Assembly (NCBI GenBank): GCA_965212015.1 | Contig: OZ243037.1 | Coordinates: 1,632,001-1,696,000, forward strand | Source: Cenarchaeum sp. | Lineage (GTDB): Archaea > Thermoproteota > Nitrososphaeria > Nitrososphaerales > Nitrosopumilaceae | Length of the DNA: 64,000 nucleotides | Direction of reading: 5' to 3' | Part shown: positions 49,403 to 58,677 of the stretch, one piece after another | How the letters are laid out: each line of letters starts with the position of its first letter | How positions within the stretch are numbered: position 1 is the first letter of the stretch | Notes under the pieces: generated by a model | The model's database searches: none | Seen by the model: only the letters and a program-made list of their open reading frames with translations | Told to the model about the DNA's origin: nothing | Position numbers and translations under genes: made by a program

Positions 49403-52312
49403 TTGAGTGGCGGTCACTTGGAAGTACAAGAATCTTCTTCCAAGATTCAAATCGGTACGTCTATAGCTAACGTGCTGGATGAAATGAGCAGTAGGTGGAC
49501 TGTTACTCATTCTAATGGAGAGATCGTGATCCAAGATGCCAATAAAAATAAAATAGTTATTGAAACCATGATTTCTTCAAAAACTCCATCAAAGATCAAC
49601 CTAGAACTCAAACGCAAGTCTGATTTGGAGAAAAGAAAAATATCATCAATAATCAATATACTCGTACCACATAATTTTTCTGAACTAGAAGAAAACAGAT
49701 TAAAAGACAAGATCCTACAAAGCAATGATTACGAGTATGTGGTTTATGCTCCAGAACGATATCCATTAGAAGGATTAATAAAAGGAACGATACACAATAT
49801 TGGATTTTCAGCAATGGTTACTCTGATTCCGGCAAAACAAATCGTGGAATACATGTCTCCTATCCACTATTGCATGAATGTGATAGAAAATGTGGTTCAG
49901 GAAATAGACAATCAGGCAAAGGCCAAGATTGCCAAATTATTGAACCAACCGGAGGACATACAAACATGGAGAATGGCAGGCCTCATACTGTCAAATGCTA
50001 TGGTGTTTTATGACCTCATTTCAGATAAAATAACACTACAGGATGGCAAAAATTGCAAGACACTTGATAGTTTACACAATAGAAAAAAATTCATAACAAA
50101 AAAAGATCTCATGTTAGTGTGGCAGAATGTATTGGACTACAACTATAATCCCATCTTCTCCGTGGCCATCAATATCCTATCTGCGTTGGGCATGTCTGAA
50201 TCCACTAAGATTATAGATGCTCTGTATACATCTAGTAAAAAAATTAGAGAAAAAAGAGTTGCAGGATCATCAGACATGTATGGCAAATTACTGCAAAAGG
50301 TGATCGTGGACAGATCCAACCTTGCGTCATATTATACCCGACCAGAAGCTGCAGCATTGATGGCAAAACTAGCAGTCCCAGACGTGAATCACCCCATATA
50401 TGAGGTCGGCTCAGTTTCTAAATACAGGATAGTAGATTTTGCGTGCGGCACTGGACTTCTATTGTCGTCTGCGTACAGACAACTACTATTCAATTATGAG
50501 GCAAGCCATACTGTTGGCAAAAAAATGCCTATAACCAGCCTTCATAAGACGCTGATAGAGAACTGTTTTGTGGGACTAGACGTACTGCCAATAGCTACAC
50601 ACCTGACAGTTTCGTCGTTAGCCATGATGTTTCCAACGGAGGTGTTTGGAAAGACAAAGGTAAAAACTATGCCCATAGGTTTGCAACACACGGAGACGGT
50701 ATATGTAAAAAAGAGAGGCATAAAAAGAAAGGTCAAAAAAGAAATAAATCATTACAGGCTTGGATCGCTGGATCTAATATCAAATGACACCAATGCAACT
50801 CTTACTCATTCTATAGAAGTGATAACGGGAAAAGAAACCAATGTTAAGAATGCCAAACCTTGGTCAATCGAAGAATCCCATCATCTTATTGGCGATGGAT
50901 CTTGTGATCTTATTGTGATGAATCCACCATTTGTTAGGTCTACAAACGATGCTAAAAAATATAGAGGAAACGCAGTACCAAAATATGCTGCGTTTGGTTC
51001 AACCAAAAAAGATCAATCGAACATGGGAAAATTGGAAAGCAAGAAATTTGCTGGCACATGTTCACATGGCCATGCAGGACTTGCATCTAATTTTATTGCC
51101 ATATGTGACAAAAAAATACATGAACACGGTACGATGACACTGATCATGCCTGCTACCATAGCAAGTGGCAAGACTTGGAGTAATGTTCGGAAATTGCTAA
51201 AGTACAATTACGACATAAAGGTAATCAGTATAGCACGGCCCAAGATAAGATCAAATGAACGATCTTTCTCTTCAGATACAGGCATGGCCGAGATAATACT
51301 CGTCGCAAAAAAACGAGCTAATAAAAAAGATTCCAGAGGATTGTTTGTTTCACTTCGTGAAAGACCATCATCAATGATTGACGCTATACAGATAGGTACG
51401 GCTATAAACAATTTACAGGGAGTAGACAGACTGGAGACTGGGCACGGCGGAACGAAGTTGAGGATAGGCGAATATACCGTAGGCAATTGCCTAGACTGCT
51501 CCATACATGACGTTTGGAAGTTTGTAAACGTAGTAGATCCAGTCGTGGAACAATTAACATACAAAATCAGGCAGACAATGGTGCCACTCAAATTGTGTTT
51601 TGAAATAGGTCCTGGTGACCGGGACATAACAGGTGGAAACATGCAGGGGCCATTCAATGGCTATGCCCATGATGGTAATCCAAAATATACTGCCTTGTGG
51701 AACAATGTTCAGAAACAACAAACTAAGCTGATCGTACCGCCGGATCAGAAACTGAAGCCAAAGTCAGATGCTACAGATGAACACATAGATAGCATATGGA
51801 AAACTGCATCCATTGTCCACATGAACATAGGTCCAGATTTTACATCAAATAGTCTAATCGCTGCATATGTATCGAAAAAATCAGTTGGAGGCCGAGTCTG
51901 GCCTAGCATCATAATGGACAGAAAATATGAAAAGCCATTTGTGGCTTGGTGTAATTCATCCATAGGTGTGTTATGTTTTTGGTCACTTGCTGGAAAACAA
52001 CAACTTGGTCGAGGAGCAATGTCTAGGACGAATATCCAAGATCTGCCGATACCGGATTTTACCAAGATGAACAAAACTACACTTGGTGTTCTTTCTGACA
52101 TATTTGATAGATTTTGTAATATGGAACTAGATCGTATGAAGAATCTTTGGAAAGACAAGGTTAGGATAGCCATGGATAAAGAAATTGTAAATGTGATGGG
52201 CATGAACATAGAACTGGATGACATACGAGTAAGGTTTTGCATGGAACCATCGATCAGCGGTGGCAAGCCAGAATCTATCCTGACCAAAAAACACGAGGAA
52301 ATTATTGAATGA
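49403..52312 (+). CDS. Large amino-DNA methyltransferase (gamma order, Type IIG-like)
   Basis: YYTRP, motif I DFACGTG, motif IV NPPF, long C-terminal TRD-like region. Confidence 0.88.
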   Translation: MSGGHLEVQESSSKIQIGTSIANVLDEMSSRWTVTHSNGEIVIQDANKNKIVIETMISSKTPSKINLELKRKSDLEKRKISSIINILVPHNFSELEENRLKDKILQSNDYEYVVYAPERYPLEGLIKGTIHNIGFSAMVTLIPAKQIVEYMSPIHYCMNVIENVVQEIDNQAKAKIAKLLNQPEDIQTWRMAGLILSNAMVFYDLISDKITLQDGKNCKTLDSLHNRKKFITKKDLMLVWQNVLDYNYNPIFSVAINILSALGMSESTKIIDALYTSSKKIREKRVAGSSDMYGKLLQKVIVDRSNLASYYTRPEAAALMAKLAVPDVNHPIYEVGSVSKYRIVDFACGTGLLLSSAYRQLLFNYEASHTVGKKMPITSLHKTLIENCFVGLDVLPIATHLTVSSLAMMFPTEVFGKTKVKTMPIGLQHTETVYVKKRGIKRKVKKEINHYRLGSLDLISNDTNATLTHSIEVITGKETNVKNAKPWSIEESHHLIGDGSCDLIVMNPPFVRSTNDAKKYRGNAVPKYAAFGSTKKDQSNMGKLESKKFAGTCSHGHAGLASNFIAICDKKIHEHGTMTLIMPATIASGKTWSNVRKLLKYNYDIKVISIARPKIRSNERSFSSDTGMAEIILVAKKRANKKDSRGLFVSLRERPSSMIDAIQIGTAINNLQGVDRLETGHGGTKLRIGEYTVGNCLDCSIHDVWKFVNVVDPVVEQLTYKIRQTMVPLKLCFEIGPGDRDITGGNMQGPFNGYAHDGNPKYTALWNNVQKQQTKLIVPPDQKLKPKSDATDEHIDSIWKTASIVHMNIGPDFTSNSLIAAYVSKKSVGGRVWPSIIMDRKYEKPFVAWCNSSIGVLCFWSLAGKQQLGRGAMSRTNIQDLPIPDFTKMNKTTLGVLSDIFDRFCNMELDRMKNLWKDKVRIAMDKEIVNVMGMNIELDDIRVRFCMEPSISGGKPESILTKKHEEIIE

Positions 52313-55300
52313 TCATCGACAACGAAAATATCACGATGGTGAACCGTCTTCAGGAGATGATGCCCCATGCAAAGAGGATCAACGTGGCCGTGGGTTACTT
52401 CTTCATAAGCGGGTTTGCAGAGATCATGGACAGTCTCAAGTGGATTGAAGCTGACGATACAGATCACGTTATGAGGATATTGACCTCGCCTGTGACTGAC
52501 AGGCCTACGGCCGAGGTACTATTTGCGGCCCATGAAGCACGGGAAGACATAGGCCGGAAGATGGGCGGCAGGGCATCGCCGGAGGAAGCACTGGTCACCA
52601 CTAACAGGAACATGCGGGGAGAGCTTGAGCATATGCAGCAAACGAAACCCCAGAGGGATACCGTCGTGCGGCTCATCGACCTCATACGCAGGAACAAGAT
52701 CCAGATAAAGGTCTACATGAAAGAGCAACTCCACGCAAAGCTGTATCTTGCGGAGCTTGACGGATATGTGTCACAAGAGTCGATCATAGGTTCCAGCAAC
52801 TTTTCGATAAGCGGTCTGCGGACGCATACAGAGCTTAATTTTTCCACTAACGATGATTCACATTATAAGGATTTTTTGGAATGGTTTGAGGAACACTGGA
52901 ACGATCCGAGCTGCCGGCCATTTACCAAAGACGTGGCACAGATACTTGAAAACTCATGGGCTGGACGGGACTATACACCTAGGATGGTTGCAGGCAAGGT
53001 AGCAATAACAGAAAACCCCGAGATCCTATTCACGCCTTCTCAGATAAGACTGTACGATTTTCAGCAAGATGCTGCAAATGCAGCGATAAAAAAACTAAAA
53101 GACTATGGAGGTGTCATGATAGCAGACGTCGTCGGCACGGGCAAATCATACACCGGCATGGCCGTCCTCAAACATCTTGTGGATGAGGAGATTCTCGAAC
53201 CTCTGATAATATGTCCTGCCCGTTTGATTCCAATGTGGCTGGATCTTACATCAAAATATGGGCTTGCACCCAACGTCCTCTCAAACAGCGGACTTGACAA
53301 GATTGCTAGATATAATTACTGCAACGCCATACTGATAGATGAGAGCCACGCCTTCAAGGATGACAAAAGAGCCAGATATCAGAAACTTGCAGACTATATG
53401 AACAACAAAATGACGGACGCGCGAATCATAATGCTTACCGCTACTCCCATCGCCAATACGGTGAACGATCTTAGAAACCAACTCGGCTTGTTCCAGCCAG
53501 ATCTACTAGAAAAGATACCCATACTAGATGAAACCGAAACCATAGAGGGTCGCTCAAAACTTGAGGCATATTTTGAAGGAATTACAAGGGATGAAGAAGT
53601 AAGGGACGTAGACGGTAACGTGGTAATTATCAAGAACAAAAAAGGCGAAGAAAAACACAAGATGACAAAGGTCGTGACCGATGAGGGCAAAGAAAAAATT
53701 CGAGATCTTTTAAAACACGTCCTCATACGGAGAACTCGAAAATCAATACATGACAGGCTTAGGAAGGAGAGAAGAGTGGACGAGCGTGGACCATATCTGC
53801 TAATGGATGGGGAAAAACACTATTTTCCTGAACCGGTACTTCACAATCCCAAATATGACGCAGAAAAAACCTACGAAACAAAGGAAAAATTCGCGAAAAT
53901 AGAATCCCTCATAAAATCCATGACATTTGCAAGATATGTTCCAGGAAATTACGTGCGTGAGGAGTGGGAAGACACAAAGCCGTATGACAACCTCTCAAAC
54001 CTAGTCTCCTTGGGTGGAATAGTCCTGACGTCGCTTCTAAAGCTGATGGAGAGCAGCATAATGGCATTCGATAGCAGTGTCAGAAGATACGGTGAGGGAC
54101 ACAAGTGGTTTCTGAAACAGTTAAAGCAAGACAAGGTGGCCGTGGGAAGAGATTTTCAGGAGATAATACACAAGATTATGGATTCTGACGATGCAGATGC
54201 GGAGAGGGATCTAATGAAAGAGATGGAAAACATGACGTCGCTGTATGAATCAAAGGCATTCCATATGGACAAATGGCGGAATGACGTCTCAAACGACATG
54301 GAAAAATTCTACCAAATAACAGAAATTCTACGAGGTAGAGGCATGGGTGAGGACATGAAGGAGTGGCATGTGCAGGATTTGGACAATTTGTTCGTTCCAC
54401 GAGATGACAAGCTGGCTAAACTGCTTGAGCTTGTAAAGAAAAAACAGGAAAAACTGCTCATATTTACAGAATCTGCAGTGACTGCAAGATACATGTTCCG
54501 GTTTCTTAATAGCAGGATCAACAGAAAGATCGTACAGATTGATTCCGGCAAAGGCAAGGACGTAATCGATGATGCGGTAAACCAGTTTGCACCCAAATTC
54601 AACAATGGAGGCGTGCAGCCAGAAGATGAAATAGACATTTTGATAAGCACCGACATGCTTTCAGAAGGACTGAACCTTCAAACGGGTCGGATAGTGATTA
54701 ACTATGACTTTCACTGGAACCCAGTAAGGCTAATTCAGCGCGTGGGTCGGATAGACAGGCTCGGTTCGGAACACAAGATAATAGAGGTGTACAACTTTCT
54801 GACCACCCCTCTAGTGGACAAAAAGCTCGGTTTGCGTATGCGTGTAAGAAGAAGGATAGGCGTGATGCGCGACATAGTGGGGGTAGGTGCATCTAGGGTA
54901 TTGGAGACTACGGAGCCGCTTGATGAGGAAGGGGTATGCGACATATACGACGGTAATGAATCCATACTGGATCCCAAGATAGGGGAATATGGAATGCTTG
55001 ATCCCGTGGATACAAGATCCGAAGAGATGGCAGATGACATACGCAGAAACGAATCTATGAAAAAACAGTATGAGGATCTCCCATATGGCATGAGATCCGC
55101 CGTGGGATCCGACAAGCTCTTAGTGGCCTGTGCCGCAGAAGACGTGCTTACCGTTTCTGACTCGCATGACACATCCGAGTTCAGGAGGTATTACGAAGTG
55201 ACGGACGACGGAATTAGGCGCATACGGCAGTCGTCTTTTCTGAACCAGATGATGTCTGCCAGCAAGAGGCCACAGATCAAGAATCCACCCGCCTATGACG

Positions 55301-55662
55301 AATTCGTTGCCAAGGCGTGGCAGCAGTTCCATAAGGACGGCAGGAATGCGATGAGGGGCATTCCCATACACAAGTATCAGAAGCATTTTGACAAACTTCT
55401 TAGAAGAATCGAGTCTTCGGAGGATTCATCGCTGAAGCGCAGGGTGCTTGAGGTGCGCAGATTCGTAAGATCAAGGATGCCTCAGGCAAGACACCCGTAC
55501 AGGGATCTGATAAGGCTACATCGTGAGGCAAAAAAGGACGGCCTGAATGATGAGCTCGTACTTGAAAGGCTCGAAGATATACGCGGCAGATACGGCAGCT
55601 TGACATTCAAAAAGATGATCAGACGGCCCCGCATACTGTACAGCATGATGGTGGGGAAATGA
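52309..55662 (+). CDS. PLD-nuclease / SNF2-like helicase fusion
   Basis: LHAKLYL..GSSNFS..ELN (PLD); ADVVGTGKS, DESH, TATP and QRVGRIDR motifs. Confidence 0.9.
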   Translation: MIIDNENITMVNRLQEMMPHAKRINVAVGYFFISGFAEIMDSLKWIEADDTDHVMRILTSPVTDRPTAEVLFAAHEAREDIGRKMGGRASPEEALVTTNRNMRGELEHMQQTKPQRDTVVRLIDLIRRNKIQIKVYMKEQLHAKLYLAELDGYVSQESIIGSSNFSISGLRTHTELNFSTNDDSHYKDFLEWFEEHWNDPSCRPFTKDVAQILENSWAGRDYTPRMVAGKVAITENPEILFTPSQIRLYDFQQDAANAAIKKLKDYGGVMIADVVGTGKSYTGMAVLKHLVDEEILEPLIICPARLIPMWLDLTSKYGLAPNVLSNSGLDKIARYNYCNAILIDESHAFKDDKRARYQKLADYMNNKMTDARIIMLTATPIANTVNDLRNQLGLFQPDLLEKIPILDETETIEGRSKLEAYFEGITRDEEVRDVDGNVVIIKNKKGEEKHKMTKVVTDEGKEKIRDLLKHVLIRRTRKSIHDRLRKERRVDERGPYLLMDGEKHYFPEPVLHNPKYDAEKTYETKEKFAKIESLIKSMTFARYVPGNYVREEWEDTKPYDNLSNLVSLGGIVLTSLLKLMESSIMAFDSSVRRYGEGHKWFLKQLKQDKVAVGRDFQEIIHKIMDSDDADAERDLMKEMENMTSLYESKAFHMDKWRNDVSNDMEKFYQITEILRGRGMGEDMKEWHVQDLDNLFVPRDDKLAKLLELVKKKQEKLLIFTESAVTARYMFRFLNSRINRKIVQIDSGKGKDVIDDAVNQFAPKFNNGGVQPEDEIDILISTDMLSEGLNLQTGRIVINYDFHWNPVRLIQRVGRIDRLGSEHKIIEVYNFLTTPLVDKKLGLRMRVRRRIGVMRDIVGVGASRVLETTEPLDEEGVCDIYDGNESILDPKIGEYGMLDPVDTRSEEMADDIRRNESMKKQYEDLPYGMRSAVGSDKLLVACAAEDVLTVSDSHDTSEFRRYYEVTDDGIRRIRQSSFLNQMMSASKRPQIKNPPAYDEFVAKAWQQFHKDGRNAMRGIPIHKYQKHFDKLLRRIESSEDSSLKRRVLEVRRFVRSRMPQARHPYRDLIRLHREAKKDGLNDELVLERLEDIRGRYGSLTFKKMIRRPRILYSMMVGK

Positions 55663-56108
55663 CTGGGGAAGATATTAGTGAGGAAGGCTTTGAGACAGAC
55701 GTCTCGGCCATGCACGACTTGTTCATAGGAGCAGGCTTTGAGACTGTGAACGATCCATATACGTTAGATCATGTGGAGGAAAGGAAGAATGTCATAGACT
55801 GCATACTTGTAGCAAAGCACGGGGAATACGAGGTCGTGTATGCTGAGGTAAGATCCAATCAGGAGAGCATAGCTGCTGATCTGGCGCGATCACATCTTAC
55901 ACCGTGTCTGGTCATCACGAAAATGGCTGGCAAATACGTCTTTACCGTACTTGATGTTAACGACAGGCCTTATCATGCACGGATCAGGGAAGATGGAGAG
56001 TCAATGTTGAGAGAGTTCGTGGGTATGATTGCTGATATTCCGAAGAACAAGTGGGAGGCCGGCCAGAAAGTGGGCGACATGCTACGTTCCATCAAAGAGT
56101 TCCAATAA
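55659..56108 (+). CDS. Hypothetical protein coupled to the PLD-helicase
   Basis: ATGA overlap with the helicase stop; 149 aa. Confidence 0.7.
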   Translation: MTGEDISEEGFETDVSAMHDLFIGAGFETVNDPYTLDHVEERKNVIDCILVAKHGEYEVVYAEVRSNQESIAADLARSHLTPCLVITKMAGKYVFTVLDVNDRPYHARIREDGESMLREFVGMIADIPKNKWEAGQKVGDMLRSIKEFQ

Positions 56109-56118
56109 TCGAGATTTT

Positions 56119-56194
56119 GGATATGTAGGGGTTTACATATCCCATGCCTACCCCTTGCTGATTATACGGAATCCACAAATAAATTCCGTGTAAT
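56119..56194. other. Two tandem hairpins between convergent R-M modules
   Basis: GGATATGTA/TACATATCC (9 bp perfect) and ATTATACGGAAT/ATTCCGTGTAAT (12 bp, one G-U). Confidence 0.6.
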
Positions 56195-56380
56195 TCTGGT
56201 TATCTAGGAACGGATCTCCAGATTCAAAATTGAGCAAATTAGCCTGGAATCCTCAAAGAATCAGGAATGAATCTTGTGCAGTACTGCATTTTTGGATTAG
56301 GGCGTTCATTTGTTCTTCTAATGGTTATATAATCGTGATATGGGAGTGAATTTGATTTTATGGATTTGATTTTGAAAATA

Positions 56381-56728
56381 TCACTGATATCGGGAGATCA
56401 GTCTATATTGGATGCCTCGTACATCGCACCATTTTTTGGCATATTTTGCCTTGCTTTTCGTATTGGGTGTTTTTAGCAGCTGTGTACTCTTCATCTCGAC
56501 CAGCTCTATCGTATTGTCAGTATTTTCTACCAAAAAATCTGGATTATAGTACTTGTATTTCTTATCATCCTCAGAATATGGAATTCTTATACCATGATTT
56601 TTTGTCCATTTCATAACAGTGTTATCTCTTTCCAACTCCCTCATGTAGTCATACTCCCATTTAGAATCATAGTATTCTATGGAAAATGCGCTTTTTTTTG
56701 GATTGTCGTAATAACCGTGCTTTGACAT
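56381..56728 (-). CDS. Stand-alone PD-(D/E)xK endonuclease (TnsA-N / Res C-terminal-like)
   Basis: YDSKWE..IPY..YNPDFLV..LVEMK. Confidence 0.85.
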   Translation of the reverse strand: MSKHGYYDNPKKSAFSIEYYDSKWEYDYMRELERDNTVMKWTKNHGIRIPYSEDDKKYKYYNPDFLVENTDNTIELVEMKSTQLLKTPNTKSKAKYAKKWCDVRGIQYRLISRYQ

Positions 56729-56730
56729 GC

Positions 56731-58677
56731 CTATGCTTCAACAATTCCTGCGACTATCGCATTTGAAAAATTACTTTTTATCTCGGGCATGACATCTATG
56801 GCAAATTCAATATCATCACGTTTTGCATCGGATAATGATTTTCCAGAAAATATTTTGGTAGTAACGTGCTTTAGCATTACATTGTATAGTCTTCCACGAT
56901 TCATGTTTCCAAACCCTGCCTCTTGTAACAGTCCAGCACACAAATCCAATAGCGTTTTTTTGAACAATTCTTCCAGTACATCACGTTTTAGCTCTCCTGA
57001 CACCTCAAAATCATAGTCACTGACACCGCCAAGTATTTCAAGCCGTTTACTTTGCAGCTCTTTTGCTTCTACTGCTGTGATCTGCGTTCTAGATATGACC
57101 CATCTTTCTTTGTCATAAGACTTTCTATCTAGTATTGCATTCCAGTCATCTTCTTTTACATCATCAGGAGTATCTCGTTCTATTTTATCCCAGGGAATAC
57201 TTGTTGGATATTCGGGATCTGGAATTTTTATGATTTTTTCGGGCCTTGTTAGTTTTTGTATTACAGGCTTTGGTAGATCATCTCCAGGTGGAAATATCTG
57301 ATCCTCTCCTTCGACTTGCTTTATTCTGCTTACAGCTACTATTTGCCACAACCAGTCATGTTCTAAACGCGGATGATCAACTACTGCCAGTATCTCGCTA
57401 TTTGTAGGCTCTTTGATTATTTTTCTCAATCCCCTGCCTATTACCTGTTGACCGTACACTGGGGAAGAAAACTTTCTCAACAGCAAAATCGTGGATACCT
57501 CTGGAACGTCCCATCCTTCCCTTAGCATGAGCACACTGACAACTGCCTCATATCTGCTGTCAAATGTCCCGATCTGTAATGCCTCTTCTCTGTCTTTCTC
57601 GTTTGATTCCTCTGTTACTAGCAGCGTGTTTATTTTGAATATGTCCTGAAGTGTTCTTTGGACCCTCTGGCCTTCCTGTATGCTCATGGTAACTACGAAC
57701 AAGATTGGCTTGTATCGTCCCCTAGCTCTGACAATTTGTTCCTTGTGACGTTGTAGTGCTATGGCAATCTGTTTTCTCATTGGTTCGGGATCCAAAATCC
57801 ATTGGAATGATTTTAGATTTCTTTCTGCTTCTTGAAATTCTGCGTCAAGCTCGGTAACGTCTTTTTTCTCGCCTGTTATCGGATTGGTATATGTCATCTT
57901 GAGCAGCTTGACTTCGGGTTGGTATACTACTACTGATTTTATTATTCCATCATCCAGTGCATTTGATACGTCATAATAATAGATCATTTCAGAGTCTGGC
58001 TCCTGTCCGTCTGCACGATTTGGCGTGGCAGTAGTGTCCAATCGAAATTTACTTTGTTCAGATAAAAGATTCAGCACATTGGTGTATTCAGGTGCAGGCG
58101 TATTATGCGCCTCATCATTAAAGATTGCAATATCTCCTACAAGATTCTTCAAATATCCAAGGTTCTGATTTGTGCCCCCGGAGGTATAAAGCTGCTGTAT
58201 GTTACCCAATATGATTCCCGATTCAAGCATTCCCTGTGGCTGTTCACCACTTTTCATCATGTGCAATCCGAGCTCATTTATCAACATGTTGGTTTGTGGT
58301 GTAGCAAATTCAAATTTATCAAATACTACTCCATCCTTAAAATCCGATTCTAGTCTTGCTCGCACAATAGTGTTGGGTGTCAGTATGACAAATTTGTTGA
58401 TATTATGTGCTGATTTCAGCCAGAATATCACTGCCGCTATTATAGCTGTCTTTCCACCACCTGTAACTATGTTTAGAAGGTTGTTCTTTTTTTGCAATAT
58501 TTCAAACGAATAGATGACCCTAAGCGTGCCTTCAAGTTGGTGTTTCCACATCTTGAGTTTTTTATCCTGCTTTAATAAATTCTCGATAAATTCGCGTGTC
58601 TCATGCTTTACATTTGGATATCCAGAATGCATCCAATCTTTGAATTTTTCTTCATGTTGTAAGAACGAATCTAGCAA
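56731..58677 (-). CDS. res: Type III Res-like SF2 helicase lacking a C-terminal nuclease
   Basis: VTGGGKT, NDEAH, TATP, LREGWD and QVIGRGLR motifs. Confidence 0.85.
   Translation of the reverse strand: MLDSFLQHEEKFKDWMHSGYPNVKHETREFIENLLKQDKKLKMWKHQLEGTLRVIYSFEILQKKNNLLNIVTGGGKTAIIAAVIFWLKSAHNINKFVILTPNTIVRARLESDFKDGVVFDKFEFATPQTNMLINELGLHMMKSGEQPQGMLESGIILGNIQQLYTSGGTNQNLGYLKNLVGDIAIFNDEAHNTPAPEYTNVLNLLSEQSKFRLDTTATPNRADGQEPDSEMIYYYDVSNALDDGIIKSVVVYQPEVKLLKMTYTNPITGEKKDVTELDAEFQEAERNLKSFQWILDPEPMRKQIAIALQRHKEQIVRARGRYKPILFVVTMSIQEGQRVQRTLQDIFKINTLLVTEESNEKDREEALQIGTFDSRYEAVVSVLMLREGWDVPEVSTILLLRKFSSPVYGQQVIGRGLRKIIKEPTNSEILAVVDHPRLEHDWLWQIVAVSRIKQVEGEDQIFPPGDDLPKPVIQKLTRPEKIIKIPDPEYPTSIPWDKIERDTPDDVKEDDWNAILDRKSYDKERWVISRTQITAVEAKELQSKRLEILGGVSDYDFEVSGELKRDVLEELFKKTLLDLCAGLLQEAGFGNMNRGRLYNVMLKHVTTKIFSGKSLSDAKRDDIEFAIDVMPEIKSNFSNAIVAGIVEA

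Noticed and set aside
56381-56728. Tn7-like transposon suggested by a TnsA-like nuclease
   Set aside because: No TnsB/C/D or transposon ends; context is mod-res
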